A stretch of DNA of 64,000 nt from sequence record OP889247.1; one strand, 5' to 3'. Shown here one piece after another: positions 44,899 through 54,991 of the stretch. The number at the start of each line of letters is the position of its first letter. Position 1 is the stretch's first letter. The translations under genes were made by a program, and so were the position numbers. The notes under the pieces are model-generated. The model worked only from the letters and a program-made list of their open reading frames with translations, was not told where the DNA came from and made no database searches.

Positions 44899-47823
44899 TT
44901 AGTTATTCAAATGTCTTTTAAACACAATTTCAATATCTTCTCGAATAGTCAATAGTCTATCGGAAGTTTGATCAAGTGCTTTTCTAATACTAAAACCATT
45001 AGTGTCATCAACGTTGCTGATTACGTCTACAAAGTCATTCCCTGCCATCGCTACTACTTTCACATCTATAATGTCAGGAGTGCGCAGAGCAGTGATTAAG
45101 GAGCTTAGAGAGAACGTTTGTTTTCGTACTTCATCATTAGCTACTTTATGAGTATTAGTAATCAATACATTCTGAAGATCATTATCAGTAATACCTTCAT
45201 CATTGAGATAATAAGTGACACTAAGTTTAATATCGGAACGAATAGTTTTCTCAATCCCTTCGTTAATAACAATCTGGGTGAATCCCATTGTACTACGCGG
45301 TTTAAACAAGATACGTGTTTCATCAATAGCTTGTTTATTGAATTCAACCAATTGATCGTTTACTTCATTAGCAAAGAAATCTTCTACTAAACCGACATAA
45401 GTAGCATCGTAATCATCTTGACTGAGTAAGTAGTTAAAGTCAAACCCAATGAAATCCCAGTGATATTTAATCAGTCTAGGATGAAGCATAACAGGTTTCC
45501 CATCTTCATCATATACTGTTTGATCCTTGAGATATTTCCAGATAGGTTTAGGAGGTGTTTCATTAGTCATTCTGGGTTCACCTTTACGGTGTTCTAGAAC
45601 AGCTTTACCATTCACAATAACTAACTTACCGTTCTCTTTCTTATAAACATCATCCGGATAAACATCAGGAACGTTTTCAGTGTATTTAGCGTATTGAGCT
45701 GAACCTACTACTGGGCGAATACGAGTGTAAAGAGAACGAAGATTCTTACCAAAAGAGATCTTGTATTCAGTTTCAATGATAGCTACGTTTAGACTAGTAA
45801 ACAAAGACTGATCAATCTTAAAATCTGCTGTAGACTTGAGTACTTGACCTTCACCGGAATAAGTAAAGATGAAGTTTACAGTTTCATCTAAGTTAACTCT
45901 AATCTCATCTTGAGGTTTACCGAACTGTTTAAACCCTTTCAAATCAATAAGGTTATTATCGTCAATATCAAAATTGGAACCCAAATCAAAACTAAAGATA
46001 CGTTCTTTATCTTCAGTCCTGCCTAATAATACCCCTTTCATAGTTGCTGGTACATTAGAACCAGCAGTTTTGAACATCAGTTGAATGCTTACTGTGTCAT
46101 CAGATAGTTCTTTATACGCATCACTTGATTTGGTTTTGATATTTACAGTGTAGCCTGTTTTGCTAGAAAGGATATTAATACTACCAATACCAACTTGAAT
46201 CCCTAGATTGGCATTCTCATATCTAAAAGTTTGGTATTTAATCTCAGGTTTAGCTACTCGATAACAACGTACAGCAGCCCGGTCATTCATTGTATCGATG
46301 ACATACATGAATGGTGTATAGACCATCGACTTAGTTGCCATCGTATCAATCTTAGTCTGGTTATTACTATTGACTAAACTTTCCACTTCGTGAATAGGAA
46401 GTAGCCGGTTTGTCTGATTAGTAATGTCAAATACAGAACCGCGGATAACTGTTACACGTCGCCCGTTATCAATAGCGTTCCCGGAAGCAATCAATTCTTC
46501 TAGCGAAGTAAGTACTGTTCCAGTATGTGTACCAATCGAGCTATTAAACCTGACCATGGATTCGTCTTCAAAGAGTTTATTCTCCTGAATAGGAAGATCC
46601 TTAGTAGTGCGGTATAGACGACCAGATACTGTATCGATCGATTTAATACTATCATACCCAAGACGTTCCAGAGTTTGGGTAAAGTCTGAATTACTAATGG
46701 GAACTTGACGACGACGATGACCATAGATCACCATGTTCTTCAGTTCAGTAAACGTTGCGCCATTTAACCCACCGCTAATAGGAGTAATAGTATCCACAGT
46801 TACTTCATTGATATCTCGGAGAGGTAAAGAGTATTTACCCAATTTACCTTGTTTGTTTCGATAATCAAAATACCCAACTGTATGTTCCTGACTCTTCAGT
46901 GTACTTAGATCTTGACTATATTCACCCTTGGTGGTGTAGATAAGAAGAGTGACACGACCCAAAGCAGTTTCATTCTGCAAATATACAGAAGGGATGGAAG
47001 CTTCGAAACTACTTTCATCAATTAAATCAATTGTCAAAGTAGGTTGATTAGGATCAAAGTTATCGTTATTAAAAACTACTGACATTTCATAACGATTATC
47101 AGAACCATCTGGGGTAATGAATGCTCTTACTGCAAACAGTTTATCTTTAAACTCAATAGTGCTACGATAACCAGTTGTAACGTTAACAGGATCAGGACCA
47201 CGTTCAGTAATCTCTAACTGTCTCATTGGTAAATGAACAGAAAGATATTTACGATTATCAATATTGAGGATCTCTCGATCAGGAGAGTTACCTACTAGTG
47301 GCTTAAGGGGGGAATTATAGGAACTGTCATAAACCACCTGATAACCACCATGATCCATTACCCGGATCTCAACCGGATTCTCCAGTAAGAAAGGGATGCC
47401 TGCTACTGTGAACTGACTATCAGGAGGAAGAACTACTTTCTTATAAGTGTTAACTTGTGTCCCGTCAGTATCGGTATATTCCAAAGCAATAGAGTTGATA
47501 ACTTCTTCCGAAACTATCCAACGCCAAGTAAGATTAGAAGGTTCACTAAAAACACCGTACCAGTCTTCATCACACATTACTTTAGAAAGGTCAGAAAGAT
47601 TACGAGCATGGACTGGATATTTCTTAGCAGTGTTATCACCTAGCCTTGAGATAAACCCGTAGTTAGTACCTACAATCAAGTCCACTGCATAGCTAAAAGG
47701 GTGTCCTTTGCTATTGAGTGTTCCTGATCCAGCACTGAATGTAGCTTCTATTTCTTTGAAAACAGTACCTATAATTCTGCTTGGGTTATTAGCGTATTTT
47801 TCCAAATCGTCAAAAGAAAGCAT
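44899..47823 (-). CDS. Large virion structural protein, probable baseplate wedge subunit (T4 gp6/J-like; phiKZ gp87-like)
   Basis: 974 aa, beta-rich, with a GGLNGATFTELK segment resembling the baseplate-J GG.d.E motif; synteny. Confidence 0.6.
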   Translation of the reverse strand: MLSFDDLEKYANNPSRIIGTVFKEIEATFSAGSGTLNSKGHPFSYAVDLIVGTNYGFISRLGDNTAKKYPVHARNLSDLSKVMCDEDWYGVFSEPSNLTWRWIVSEEVINSIALEYTDTDGTQVNTYKKVVLPPDSQFTVAGIPFLLENPVEIRVMDHGGYQVVYDSSYNSPLKPLVGNSPDREILNIDNRKYLSVHLPMRQLEITERGPDPVNVTTGYRSTIEFKDKLFAVRAFITPDGSDNRYEMSVVFNNDNFDPNQPTLTIDLIDESSFEASIPSVYLQNETALGRVTLLIYTTKGEYSQDLSTLKSQEHTVGYFDYRNKQGKLGKYSLPLRDINEVTVDTITPISGGLNGATFTELKNMVIYGHRRRQVPISNSDFTQTLERLGYDSIKSIDTVSGRLYRTTKDLPIQENKLFEDESMVRFNSSIGTHTGTVLTSLEELIASGNAIDNGRRVTVIRGSVFDITNQTNRLLPIHEVESLVNSNNQTKIDTMATKSMVYTPFMYVIDTMNDRAAVRCYRVAKPEIKYQTFRYENANLGIQVGIGSINILSSKTGYTVNIKTKSSDAYKELSDDTVSIQLMFKTAGSNVPATMKGVLLGRTEDKERIFSFDLGSNFDIDDNNLIDLKGFKQFGKPQDEIRVNLDETVNFIFTYSGEGQVLKSTADFKIDQSLFTSLNVAIIETEYKISFGKNLRSLYTRIRPVVGSAQYAKYTENVPDVYPDDVYKKENGKLVIVNGKAVLEHRKGEPRMTNETPPKPIWKYLKDQTVYDEDGKPVMLHPRLIKYHWDFIGFDFNYLLSQDDYDATYVGLVEDFFANEVNDQLVEFNKQAIDETRILFKPRSTMGFTQIVINEGIEKTIRSDIKLSVTYYLNDEGITDNDLQNVLITNTHKVANDEVRKQTFSLSSLITALRTPDIIDVKVVAMAGNDFVDVISNVDDTNGFSIRKALDQTSDRLLTIREDIEIVFKRHLNN

Positions 47824-47846
47824 AACTTATTTCCTTAAGCATGTGA

Positions 47847-48920
47847 TCACTTCTGTACCCACCACGTTAATTTAATCCCGTATCTACCAGGACCGGAATC
47901 ATTTCGTTTATCACCTTGAACAGGTAACAACAAAGGGATCGCTCCGTAATTATAAGCTTGGTACTCTTTCGTGCTCAACATCCGATAATATTTATTACGG
48001 TTCTCTGGTCTTAATGCTGGGTTATAAAGATAGGTGTGTTCGTTAAATGACTGAATCAAACCCAGTTCATTAAACCGCATCCCTACTGAACTAAATTGGA
48101 CAGAGAAGTCATCTTGACCTTCAGCTCTCAGTGAGTTCTGGGTATTATCAATGTTAGCCATTGAACCAGCTGGATAGGTAGTTGGGATAGATTGTACAGT
48201 AGCAAAGATGTGTTCTAAGAACTCTGCATCTTTATTCATAATCAAATGGTAGATTCTGCAATCATAATCAATGCGATTACCAAATAGATAAAAATCTCTA
48301 GGAGATAAGTTACGATCACCAGAAGTAACTTCTGAAATGTAATCTTCCCATACTTGGAACAGAGCAGGTATTACACTTGGTTTAGGGTTATAGTAAGTCT
48401 GAGCCATGGTAAAGGTACCATTCTCTTCTAACTTACTACTCACCCGTTGATACACTTGATCACGAATACCGGGTTCTGAACTCTGAGTTTGAATTTGTAA
48501 ATCGCCAAACCCAGTAGAGGTTTTCAGATACTCGGTTAAACATGTAATAAAAGGAATCTGGTTATTAAGCATTATAGGTTGATTTGCAGCAGCCCAACGC
48601 TCATCTAACATCCCTCTTATATAGGCACCCATACTGTATTGCGAGACACCCATTAAACTACAAAGCTTCTCAGAACGACTAACGTTATCATCAGTTAAAT
48701 TCAATTGTGGACGAGTGACGAAGGCTAATCCTATGGTGTTATCGGACAGCGGCATCATAGCCGGTCCTCTGCCTAGTAGCCTAAATCCTCGAAGAGAATT
48801 TATTAGCGGTGCAGTATAACCCGGAGTACCACTATCGAGCATAGCTGCATCAAAAAGCTCTTTTCGTTTATCTAGGGTTTCTCCGGTATAATTTGTAAAA
48901 TCATTCTCATTTTGTTCCAT
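47847..48920 (-). CDS. Virion structural protein, tail-tube/baseplate-like (phiKZ gp88-like)
   Basis: 357 aa, FVTRPQLNL and YDCRIY motifs; co-oriented with the large baseplate gene. Confidence 0.58.
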   Translation of the reverse strand: MEQNENDFTNYTGETLDKRKELFDAAMLDSGTPGYTAPLINSLRGFRLLGRGPAMMPLSDNTIGLAFVTRPQLNLTDDNVSRSEKLCSLMGVSQYSMGAYIRGMLDERWAAANQPIMLNNQIPFITCLTEYLKTSTGFGDLQIQTQSSEPGIRDQVYQRVSSKLEENGTFTMAQTYYNPKPSVIPALFQVWEDYISEVTSGDRNLSPRDFYLFGNRIDYDCRIYHLIMNKDAEFLEHIFATVQSIPTTYPAGSMANIDNTQNSLRAEGQDDFSVQFSSVGMRFNELGLIQSFNEHTYLYNPALRPENRNKYYRMLSTKEYQAYNYGAIPLLLPVQGDKRNDSGPGRYGIKLTWWVQK

Positions 48921-48940
48921 CTGTTACTCCGGGAGTATAT

Positions 48941-50023
48941 ATGGCCATTGCAGCAGTTTTGGCGTTTGGCTCGATGCTGACCTCCCTCGCTACCATTGTA
49001 GGTAAAGGCGGGGAAAACATCGACAAAGCAAAAGAAGTTATTGACCGTGTAGGTTCAGCATACAATGTTTTAAATACAACTAGTGTTTCTCAGTCTGCTG
49101 GGCGTGTTTTGATCTCTCCGATGGTTGCGATTGAGCGCAGTTTGATTCATCAAGAATACGCTCAAGATCTGATGACCATCATTAATTTGCGCGATATTAA
49201 AGACGCTCTGACTCACTTGGCTATGCAAGGTCAAGTAGACGGTATTAAGATTGCATCTCTGGTAGATTCCATTAATCCACGTCGTGCTGGATTCTTGGCT
49301 TATCAAGGTGTGGAAGCATTTGGTGGTCAAGCTCCAAGTAAACCTCAAGTTGCTATTGAAGGTCGTGTAACTATCGCTGGTAAAGATTATCCAGACTTTG
49401 GCACTTACGCTCCTCTGGCACTTGGTCGTACCGTACAAGCTTCTGTACAGATCGGTTCCACCATGGTTAACTTCCCCCTTAACTTCCGTCAAGTTCCTGT
49501 TCCTGTCTCTTCAAACGATCTTGAAGCTATCTTTGAAGCAGCTCGTCCAGAAGAAGGTTTGTTCGGTCGTTACATGATGCTTCAATCAGGTGAATTGACT
49601 TCTCCTGAATTCCTTACCGGGACTGATCAGATCAAACGTGAATTCAATATCCGTATGAATGACATGTCCGGTTACTATAAAGAAGCTACTGAACGTTCTA
49701 GTAAGAACAAGATGGCTGCTTTGAAAACTGGTATTATGTCCATGAACACTATGGCCAATACCATTATCATGAGCCAAGAGACTGCCAATCAGATCGAAAT
49801 GGAACTTGGTATCAAGTTTAACAAATCTGGCATTGCTGCTATTCGTAAGAAAGTCCTTGCTAACACCATTGTCATTGTTGACGATGGCATGGGTATCTTT
49901 ACCTTCTGGAACTCCGGTTCTAATATGAAGGAAGAATACACTCGTAAAGAGATCTCTGTTATTACCAAGAAAGAAAACTCTATGGATCTTTCTTCCCTCA
50001 TGAAACTCTTTGTTGGGCGATAA
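48941..50023 (+). CDS. Head/inner-body protein (phiKZ gp89-like)
   Basis: 360 aa, GVEA processing-like site; divergent from the gp88-like gene. Confidence 0.65.
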   Translation: MAIAAVLAFGSMLTSLATIVGKGGENIDKAKEVIDRVGSAYNVLNTTSVSQSAGRVLISPMVAIERSLIHQEYAQDLMTIINLRDIKDALTHLAMQGQVDGIKIASLVDSINPRRAGFLAYQGVEAFGGQAPSKPQVAIEGRVTIAGKDYPDFGTYAPLALGRTVQASVQIGSTMVNFPLNFRQVPVPVSSNDLEAIFEAARPEEGLFGRYMMLQSGELTSPEFLTGTDQIKREFNIRMNDMSGYYKEATERSSKNKMAALKTGIMSMNTMANTIIMSQETANQIEMELGIKFNKSGIAAIRKKVLANTIVIVDDGMGIFTFWNSGSNMKEEYTRKEISVITKKENSMDLSSLMKLFVGR

Positions 50024-50025
50024 AC

Positions 50026-50901
50026 ATGATTCTGATTAAAAACTATTCAAAAGCAGATCTGCTTTTGACCATTGATCGTGAACTCAACCATGTGGTTGGT
50101 TTCAAAGACTCTATGAAACTCTTTAAGGAAGTACTGGGTGGTTATAACACTCTGAGTACTTACATTGATCACAATGCGGTTCTTAAAGGTATTCAGTCTA
50201 AAGTTAAATCCAAGATCGGTAATAACTTTGATCTGCTGGGTGCAATTGAGATGGGTGTTAATAACGTAGCTTCTGTATTACCAGAACTGCGTAAACAAGT
50301 ATCCCAGTCTAGTACTAAGACTTATGATGGTGAAACCATTACCTTTAAAGAACGCGGTATTCTTGACACTGTTTCAGCAATTAACTTCTTTAATCGTTAC
50401 ACCAACATGGTTTTGGACGTTCTCCTGACACAAGGTTGGGATGAGAAAGCTGACGTTAAATCACTGCTCAATAAAGTAGACTTTGCTTTCTTCAACGATA
50501 CTGCAGCTTACTACGGTAATCTCCTGACTCGTTTCAGTGAAGGTTATAAAGTAGTGCTGGAAGCTATCGAAGCTCTTTCTGATGAGCAAGTAGATGATCT
50601 CTCCGAAGGTATTATCGCTGAAGCAGAAGGTAAGGAAGCTGTTTCTGTTCGTCAAGGTCTTGCACCTCACGAATTGAACCCACTCTTCTGGATTCGACTG
50701 TGGAAGATGCGTCGTGACGTTTCTACTATCCAAGTATCTCAGGAACAGATCGAACTGATGGCAATGAAAATTGCTCGTTTGAATAACAAACGTTCTGGTA
50801 CTGAAGATCCTGCACTTGATCGTCAAATCGAGACTTATGAAAATGAGATCTTGAAGAAGCGCGCTAAGATCGAAGCAATCATGGGGAAATACAATGGCTA
50901 A
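50026..50901 (+). CDS. Head/inner-body protein (phiKZ gp90-like)
   Basis: 291 aa, helical with a C-terminal coiled coil; synteny. Confidence 0.65.
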   Translation: MILIKNYSKADLLLTIDRELNHVVGFKDSMKLFKEVLGGYNTLSTYIDHNAVLKGIQSKVKSKIGNNFDLLGAIEMGVNNVASVLPELRKQVSQSSTKTYDGETITFKERGILDTVSAINFFNRYTNMVLDVLLTQGWDEKADVKSLLNKVDFAFFNDTAAYYGNLLTRFSEGYKVVLEAIEALSDEQVDDLSEGIIAEAEGKEAVSVRQGLAPHELNPLFWIRLWKMRRDVSTIQVSQEQIELMAMKIARLNNKRSGTEDPALDRQIETYENEILKKRAKIEAIMGKYNG

Positions 50902-51418
50902 GGACTTCCGACACGCAAGATTCGGGTTGGTTCCTGCTAGTTTCACAGATCAGCGAATGGAAGGAAATGAGCAAATTCTCAAATCCTTCCTTAAAGGTGT
51001 TAATGGGTTTAATCTCATTAATAATGCTGAAAGTCATATCGAGGTCTTTACCATTGCTAAAGAGTACATTGGTGATGACTTCCGTAGTTGGCTTTATGTG
51101 AACTATCGTTCAGGTTCTGGTGCTCGTAAAGATCTTGTTCGTGCAATTGTTGGTTACATTAGCGGGAACCTTTCTATTCGCAACGTAACCACTCAGATAA
51201 AAATCGATCTGGGTAAAATTGCATATATCAAACCTGGTAAACAGATCCAAACTCCAATTATCTATGACGAGTACGATGCTCGTAAAGATAACTTTACAGT
51301 AGAAGATATTGATTTCTCTACTATCCAGAACCGGAACATCATGGATCTCTTTGCAGCTATTGGACCAGAACTTACCGCTAAGTTCTGTTTGAGCATTGAT
51401 GGAGTCTATTATGGCTGA
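50894..51418 (+). CDS. Virion-associated hypothetical protein
   Basis: 174 aa, overlapping both neighbours. Confidence 0.62.
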   Translation: MAKDFRHARFGLVPASFTDQRMEGNEQILKSFLKGVNGFNLINNAESHIEVFTIAKEYIGDDFRSWLYVNYRSGSGARKDLVRAIVGYISGNLSIRNVTTQIKIDLGKIAYIKPGKQIQTPIIYDEYDARKDNFTVEDIDFSTIQNRNIMDLFAAIGPELTAKFCLSIDGVYYG

Positions 51419-52676
51419 TACTGTAATGCAAGAACTCCAAATGGCTGAGATCAGTTTAGCTAAAGTTCCTGATGTTTCAGAACTGCAAAAAGAAGCAGCT
51501 AAACTAGTAGAAGATATCCGCACTGATATTTCTATTAAAGATCGTGTAGAGAAAGCACTTACCGTTATTAATGAAAAAGCCGATTACGAAATCACACCAC
51601 AGCTGGTTAAAGAAACAGATGACATGGTTAATGAGTTCGGCGGTTTAAAAGTTAAAGCAGGTGGTCGTATCTCTGTTGATGGAATGGAAAGCTTTGGTTT
51701 AACTGTTACTCCTAAAGAGTGGCGTGCAAGCCGTGTAGCTGGTTTAGAATCGTTTCTAGCAGACACTTATCGTAACATTAAGCGTTTGGCTAACCAACTA
51801 TCAGATACGTTTGAGCGTCGTTATACAGAGCTTACTACTTCTTTGGAAGTACTCGATACTCGTATTGAGAATGTTACTTCTATGTTGGATTCCGTTACCC
51901 AACAACGTGACGGTAAGAAACAAGTAGAACTCAATGGTTTACTTGTTCGTGCTCTGACCAAAGGAACTGAACCTCTTCCATCGGATCTTGCTAAACACAT
52001 TGTAAAAGAAGTTAACTACTTCTCTTCTGTGATGAAACTCTGTGAGATGGAACTGGGTCGTTATCGTGGTAACATCATTCGTTATTTTGGTAACAACAAA
52101 CTAAAGGAACTTAACAACGTAACCTTTAGTGCACCAAAGATTCTTAACTTCAATGGTAAAGTTGATCCTAAAGAAGAGAATGTTTTTATCCGTAGTGAAT
52201 CAGCTCCTATGCTGGAAGGTCGAGTAGTAAGTTGTAAATTCGTAGCACCACGTTGGTTGAAAGATCATTACACTGGTGAATCCGAAAACGACATGTACTC
52301 AGAACTTCTTGCTGAAACTGGGTTTGAACTTCGAGCTATAAGTCGCAAAGATTCTGGTAGTGTCAATGTAAACACTATGACTCTGAGTCAGATGTTCACT
52401 ATTCTCAAAGTTGTTCAAGAACTAGTTGAATATATTCGTAATCTTAATAATGAATATAATAGTCTTGATCTGAACCCAGAAGAGATCAAAGATAACCTGG
52501 TTACTTTGAAACGTGGAGATGATGAAGGTAAAGTACGTCAGTACGCTCTGCTCACTACTGATTATGATTACAAAGTTAATCTATTCAGGGCAGATGTATC
52601 TAACTACTTGACTGTGCTCTCCAGTCACCTTCTGACGCTTCTTACAGTTCACCTGGAGTGTTACGATGTCCAATGA
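51411..52676 (+). CDS. Internal head protein, paralogue family
   Basis: GGAG SD at ATG 51411; GMES and GLES sites followed by the family helix. Confidence 0.68.
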   Translation: MADTVMQELQMAEISLAKVPDVSELQKEAAKLVEDIRTDISIKDRVEKALTVINEKADYEITPQLVKETDDMVNEFGGLKVKAGGRISVDGMESFGLTVTPKEWRASRVAGLESFLADTYRNIKRLANQLSDTFERRYTELTTSLEVLDTRIENVTSMLDSVTQQRDGKKQVELNGLLVRALTKGTEPLPSDLAKHIVKEVNYFSSVMKLCEMELGRYRGNIIRYFGNNKLKELNNVTFSAPKILNFNGKVDPKEENVFIRSESAPMLEGRVVSCKFVAPRWLKDHYTGESENDMYSELLAETGFELRAISRKDSGSVNVNTMTLSQMFTILKVVQELVEYIRNLNNEYNSLDLNPEEIKDNLVTLKRGDDEGKVRQYALLTTDYDYKVNLFRADVSNYLTVLSSHLLTLLTVHLECYDVQ

Positions 52677-53649
52677 TCAGCAATCGCTGAGAAAGGGCTT
52701 AGAAGCGCTTATTTTGAGTGATATTCAGATTGCAGGGAACGAATCCCTGCTTTCTGATGTATTTGCAAAAGTTAGCTCTAATGTAAAAACTGGTGTAGAG
52801 TGGGCTGGAGGTAAATTGGCTGACGGTGCTGTACAAGCACTTAAACAAGCCAATACCTCTATTTTGCAACAACTCGGAGCACGTAAGCTTCTACTCTCTA
52901 ACTTAGCTAGTAGAACACGTAATGACGGAATTAAAGAGAGTTCAACTCTAACTTCCGGTCAGGTTCGTAAACTCACTACGCTAGAAGGTAACGATAAAGT
53001 TACCCCGGATATTATTGAAGATGATTTAGTTACTCTTCACAATGTTATCTCTGATGTACTGAAATTCCAATTGGAATTAGAAACCTATTATCAGAAAGAG
53101 CTAGGATTACTGAAATCTTTCTCCTCTGTTAAGAACACTGAAGAAGCTGTTAAATCGATTCAAGCACTTGATCAACTTAGCTTTCCTACTCCCAAGTTCA
53201 CTATTAAACAGGATTCTATGTTCCTAACAAGTGTACTTGCTGGTGGGAAACAGTTTGTGTTTAATCCAGACACTTGTAAGTTTACAGTAGAACAAGCTGA
53301 TCTTAAATCGATCAGTGGTGACGCTACTGTATCTTTTGCAAAGGAAGACGTACTCTCTTTGCTGACTAAAGTTAATGCTTTGGTTATCGATTACAATGCT
53401 GTCACTAAAGCTAATGAACACTACATGAGCTACATCAAGGAGTTCAATACTGTGGTGGGTAAGAGCTTTGTCCATTTGGAAGAGATCAAAGGTCAGATCA
53501 GCATTTCTTTGATCAGGGATATGCAATCTAGACTAGAAGGTAATCCAAAGGTATTTTCTTTCTACTCTGGTTTCTTACCTAAGATCACTCTTTACATTGA
53601 CGATTATGTGGAAGCATTGACGTCCTTCCTTAGTAAACAATTTAATTAA
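52666..53649 (+). CDS. Internal head protein, paralogue family
   Basis: AGNES site at about residue 26, then a family-like body. Confidence 0.66.
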   Translation: MSNDQQSLRKGLEALILSDIQIAGNESLLSDVFAKVSSNVKTGVEWAGGKLADGAVQALKQANTSILQQLGARKLLLSNLASRTRNDGIKESSTLTSGQVRKLTTLEGNDKVTPDIIEDDLVTLHNVISDVLKFQLELETYYQKELGLLKSFSSVKNTEEAVKSIQALDQLSFPTPKFTIKQDSMFLTSVLAGGKQFVFNPDTCKFTVEQADLKSISGDATVSFAKEDVLSLLTKVNALVIDYNAVTKANEHYMSYIKEFNTVVGKSFVHLEEIKGQISISLIRDMQSRLEGNPKVFSFYSGFLPKITLYIDDYVEALTSFLSKQFN

Positions 53650-53701
53650 ATCGTTTCGCGTAAATTCAAACGTTGTCTTTTCTATTCAAGGAATTTTTAT
53701 T

Positions 53702-54886
53702 ATGTCTCTTCATGATATTTTTGCTTCCGTAACCGGTAACGAATCCCTCGAAGGTGCTGTTGAAGAACAGATCGAAGCTACTGTTGAAGCAGTAGTTGAA
53801 GCTCAAGTTGCAGCTGAAATTGCTGAAGCTGGCGAAGCCATTGCTGAAGCAGAAGCTGATATCAAAGAAAATGAAGTAGCTATTGAAGCTGTGCAAGAGA
53901 AAGTTGAAGAACTGGAAGAAGTCGTAGAAGGTATGGAATCCATGCTGTCTGGCGCCACCCCGTTTAACGCTGCTCTGTTCCATGACCAGTATAAGCGCGC
54001 AGCTAAGATTTCTGCCAAGTTCGGTCAACCGACTGAAGTTCACGGTGTTGAATCTTTCGCAGATGCTTCTACCGCTTCTCTGAACGCTCTGGCTGGTGTT
54101 GAGTCCTTCAAGGAAACTGCTGCCAAAGGTGTTGCTGCTGTTAAGAAGTTCTTCGTTGATCTGTACAACGGTTTCATCAACTTCTTTGCTGGTATCTTTA
54201 ATAAGTTTAAAGGTATCGAGAACCGTGGTAAATCTCTGAAAGCTAAACTGACCGCTAAAGAGAAAATGCCTGAGAAGGCTAAGCTGCCGAAGTCCTCTGG
54301 CTGGCTGAAAGCTGACGGTTCTGCTCCTTCTGTAGGTTCTGTAATGGAATCTGTTGTTAAGCAGTGTCAAGGTGCTATGAACGTTGATGCTTCCGGTACT
54401 CCGTTCTCCAACCTGAAAGCTGCCGCTGAAACCCTGAAGGGTCTGGGTACTGCTTCTCAAGCTGCTGACAGCGATGCTTCTGCTACCTACAAAGTAGCCG
54501 TAGAGAAAGGTTCTTTCACTGTTACCGTTCCTAAGAAGCCGGAAGGTCTGGCCAACGTCTCCGTCACCGTAGGTGCTCCGGAAGGTGAAGGTGTAGAGAT
54601 CCAAGCTCCGGGTAAAGACAAGCTGCAAGATCTGGCTACCAAAGTTATGGTTGAAGCTAAGAAACTGCAACTGTCCAAACTGGATCGTAAAGCTCTGGAA
54701 GCAACTCGTGATGCCACCATCGCTAAACTCGAGAAGCTGGGTGCAGAGCAAGGTGCTGATAAGAAAGCTCAGATCGCCGAGTACCGCAATGGTACCAAGG
54801 GTGCTCTGAAACTCCAACAGGGTGGTCTGAAGGTTGCTGGTGCAATCCTGTCCGCTCAGCTGGACTACGTTGCTGCCTTTGCTTAA
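53702..54886 (+). CDS. Abundant internal head protein (phiKZ_IP / gp93-family-like)
   Basis: E/A-rich acidic propeptide; GNES, GMES and GVES (x2) sites; strongest codon bias in the late block; own terminator. Confidence 0.75.
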   Translation: MSLHDIFASVTGNESLEGAVEEQIEATVEAVVEAQVAAEIAEAGEAIAEAEADIKENEVAIEAVQEKVEELEEVVEGMESMLSGATPFNAALFHDQYKRAAKISAKFGQPTEVHGVESFADASTASLNALAGVESFKETAAKGVAAVKKFFVDLYNGFINFFAGIFNKFKGIENRGKSLKAKLTAKEKMPEKAKLPKSSGWLKADGSAPSVGSVMESVVKQCQGAMNVDASGTPFSNLKAAAETLKGLGTASQAADSDASATYKVAVEKGSFTVTVPKKPEGLANVSVTVGAPEGEGVEIQAPGKDKLQDLATKVMVEAKKLQLSKLDRKALEATRDATIAKLEKLGAEQGADKKAQIAEYRNGTKGALKLQQGGLKVAGAILSAQLDYVAAFA

Positions 54887-54915
54887 TCAACACTGTTGAT
54901 GCATAAGTAAACTAC

Positions 54916-54955
54916 TAGAGAAGAGAGGGCTTCGGCCCTCTCTTCTCTATGTTTG
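54916..54955 (+). terminator. Intrinsic terminator with UUCG tetraloop
   Basis: TAGAGAAGAGAGGGC-TTCG-GCCCTCTCTTCTCTA followed by TGTTTG. Confidence 0.85.
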
Positions 54956-54991
54956 TTCGCTGATTTTATGATCTCTACTAGGAGTACTAAG

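Noticed and set aside
53666-54817. 383-aa ORF on the - strand
   Set aside because: Antisense shadow of the codon-biased head protein gene 53702-54886; F/S-rich nonsense composition.
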